A stretch of DNA of 64,000 nucleotides from a candidate division WOR-3 bacterium (GTDB taxonomy: Bacteria; Hydrothermota; 32-111). The stretch covers positions 320,001-384,000 of the forward strand of contig JBBFKX010000002.1 of NCBI GenBank assembly GCA_037481815.1, given 5' to 3'. The first letter of the stretch is position 1. Every line of letters begins with the position of its first letter. The notes beneath the pieces are model-generated. The model saw nothing but the letters and a program-made list of their open reading frames with translations. It was not told the origin of the DNA and ran no database searches. Position numbers and translations under genes: made by a program. Of the stretch, positions 62,802 through 64,000 are shown in pieces.

Positions 62802-63700
62802 CTATCAACTCCTTCAACTTTCACTATGTTACCGTTTAAAAAATACCAGATGTTATAATATTCTTGGTTTTTCAGTATCTCGATAACTATCATCCCATCA
62901 TATTTTTGATTATATTTTAGATTTCCACTTACAAAATAAACAGGATCTTTTTTATCGTCAACGGGGTTGATCAAAACTTTACCATATCTGAAAAAACTTT
63001 CCTTATCCCCGGGATAGAATCTGTTATAATCATAAAATTCCTGTAAAATTTTTTTTGCCTTTTTTGCATTGAATTTTATTTCTTTTTCAACATCTTTTTT
63101 GAACTCAAAATTCGCAAATTGAACATAAACTGGAGTATAATAATCTATGAATTCACCTTCAAGACCGTCCTCTCTGCTTTTCAAAATAGCGACACCATAA
63201 CCTTTATCTCCAGCATAACATGAATATAGGTCGATCACCTTCCCACGGACAACATCTTTTGTTATACCTTTTTCTTTTACAATACTTTTGTAAGTATAAG
63301 TTCCAAATTCATTTTTTTCCTTTTGATATTCTATTTTAATACCGATCGGAAGATCGTTACTCAAAAAGAAACTGTCTCCTACCATTTCACCTGAAAATCT
63401 CAAATAATCTTTTCCGTTTTTAAAATTAAAATTTTCACCATATTTTTCGAAAAAGATATTTTTTATGTCTTTTAGTTCTTTATAATCTCCTTCCTGTTTT
63501 GATAATCTCAAAAATAGTGAGATCTTTTTTGTTTCAAGGGAGAAAACCTTAAGTTCTGCGAAAGCATCACCGATCTGATCTATCGCCTCATAAAAAAAAG
63601 CGAAGTATTTACCATCATCAGAAAATCCAATAATCTCTGGTTCTGAACAGAAAATTGTAACAGCAAAAACTATTGTTAAAACAACATAAAAAATTTTCAT
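62798..63700 (-). CDS. Hypothetical exported protein
   Basis: Signal peptide; GFSDDGKYFAF N-terminal motif; ATGA coupling at both ends. Confidence 0.7.
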   Translation of the reverse strand: MKIFYVVLTIVFAVTIFCSEPEIIGFSDDGKYFAFFYEAIDQIGDAFAELKVFSLETKKISLFLRLSKQEGDYKELKDIKNIFFEKYGENFNFKNGKDYLRFSGEMVGDSFFLSNDLPIGIKIEYQKEKNEFGTYTYKSIVKEKGITKDVVRGKVIDLYSCYAGDKGYGVAILKSREDGLEGEFIDYYTPVYVQFANFEFKKDVEKEIKFNAKKAKKILQEFYDYNRFYPGDKESFFRYGKVLINPVDDKKDPVYFVSGNLKYNQKYDGMIVIEILKNQEYYNIWYFLNGNIVKVEGVDR

Positions 63701-64000
63701 TTTATTCTCCTTATTACAATTTTACCCGAAATATTTTTTAATAAAACCTCCTGTGGTGGAAAACCAGAAGAAATTTCAATATGTGATGGATCCACTTCAA
63801 ATTGCTTGAATGTTGGATCAACAGTATAAATAGTACCTCTGTAAAAAACGTTGTTCCATGCATGGTATAAAAATTCTCCCTCTGAAAAAACAACTCCCGA
63901 AACAACATTGACCCTAACATTTTTTGCGATAAGTATTGAAGCAAAAAGTTGAGCATGTTCAGTGCAATCACCATAAGAGTTTTTCAAAATCTGTGATGGA
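63697..64000 (-). CDS. Transglutaminase-like domain protein, 3' part (5' end outside the window)
   Basis: GDCTEHA (Cys), YHAW (His), VDPT (Asp); frame stays open to the window edge. Confidence 0.85.
   Translation of the reverse strand, partial: PSQILKNSYGDCTEHAQLFASILIAKNVRVNVVSGVVFSEGEFLYHAWNNVFYRGTIYTVDPTFKQFEVDPSHIEISSGFPPQEVLLKNISGKIVIRRIK

Noticed and set aside
3397..63974. Many 60-170-aa ORFs antisense to, or nested within, recognised genes
   Set aside because: No recognisable motifs or RBS; they are codon-bias shadows of the real genes
1..64000. CRISPR array, rRNA, IS element, selenocysteine or stop-codon recoding
   Set aside because: No regularly spaced short repeats, rRNA-like stretch or transposase motifs seen; long genes translate cleanly with the standard bacterial code

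Overview
Gene-dense, AT-rich bacterial chromosome segment, mostly coded on the minus strand. It uses strong AGGAGG ribosome-binding sites and sigma70-type TTGACT/TATATT promoters, and encodes diderm envelope proteins (TolC, LptE, a TonB-dependent receptor, an OmpA-domain protein, a PorV-like barrel, T9SS-type C-terminal sorting domains). By inference it is an anaerobic, proteolytic, amino-acid-fermenting FCB-related lineage outside Bacteroidota (WOR-3/TA06-like; not verified). In order it holds: a repeat surface protein cut by the left edge; a TPP-riboswitch thi4-thiD2/thiE-thiC operon; a TetR-regulated RND pump; a zinc-ribbon/RomX-like protein; a nucleoside kinase; tRNA-Thr; a gingipain-like C25 protease; four tandem lipoproteins; a glycosyltransferase cluster; clostripain; a PorV + large cargo + TonB receptor locus; tRNA-Arg; bS22; HU; LptE; acyl-CoA/B12 genes; gcvT-H-PA; an M48 peptidase; a 1.7-kb AT-rich insert between 621-bp direct repeats; a desulfoferrodoxin-rubrerythrin fusion; mrp; an OmpA protein; ffh; ddl; glycerate kinase; an S55 peptidase pair; pdp; deoC. 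Best leads: (1) the integrase-free insert carrying a lipoprotein with a symmetric 8-Cys (CX3)3C-X10-(CX3)3C tail plus a 4-TM partner, behind a leader copied from the tRNA-Arg locus; (2) the TonB receptor + sorting-domain cargo + PorV triad, next to a GT-C/GT2/GT4 cluster, with strong D-S/T-hydrophobic sequon enrichment in exported proteins; (3) a ZnR-RomX-like fusion; (4) an ACG start for thiD2-thiE; (5) a bS22 stop codon that overlaps nucleotide +1 of tRNA-Arg; (6) the SOR-rubrerythrin fusion. No CRISPR array, rRNA, integrase or transposase was seen. All calls are motif recognition by eye; no searches were run.
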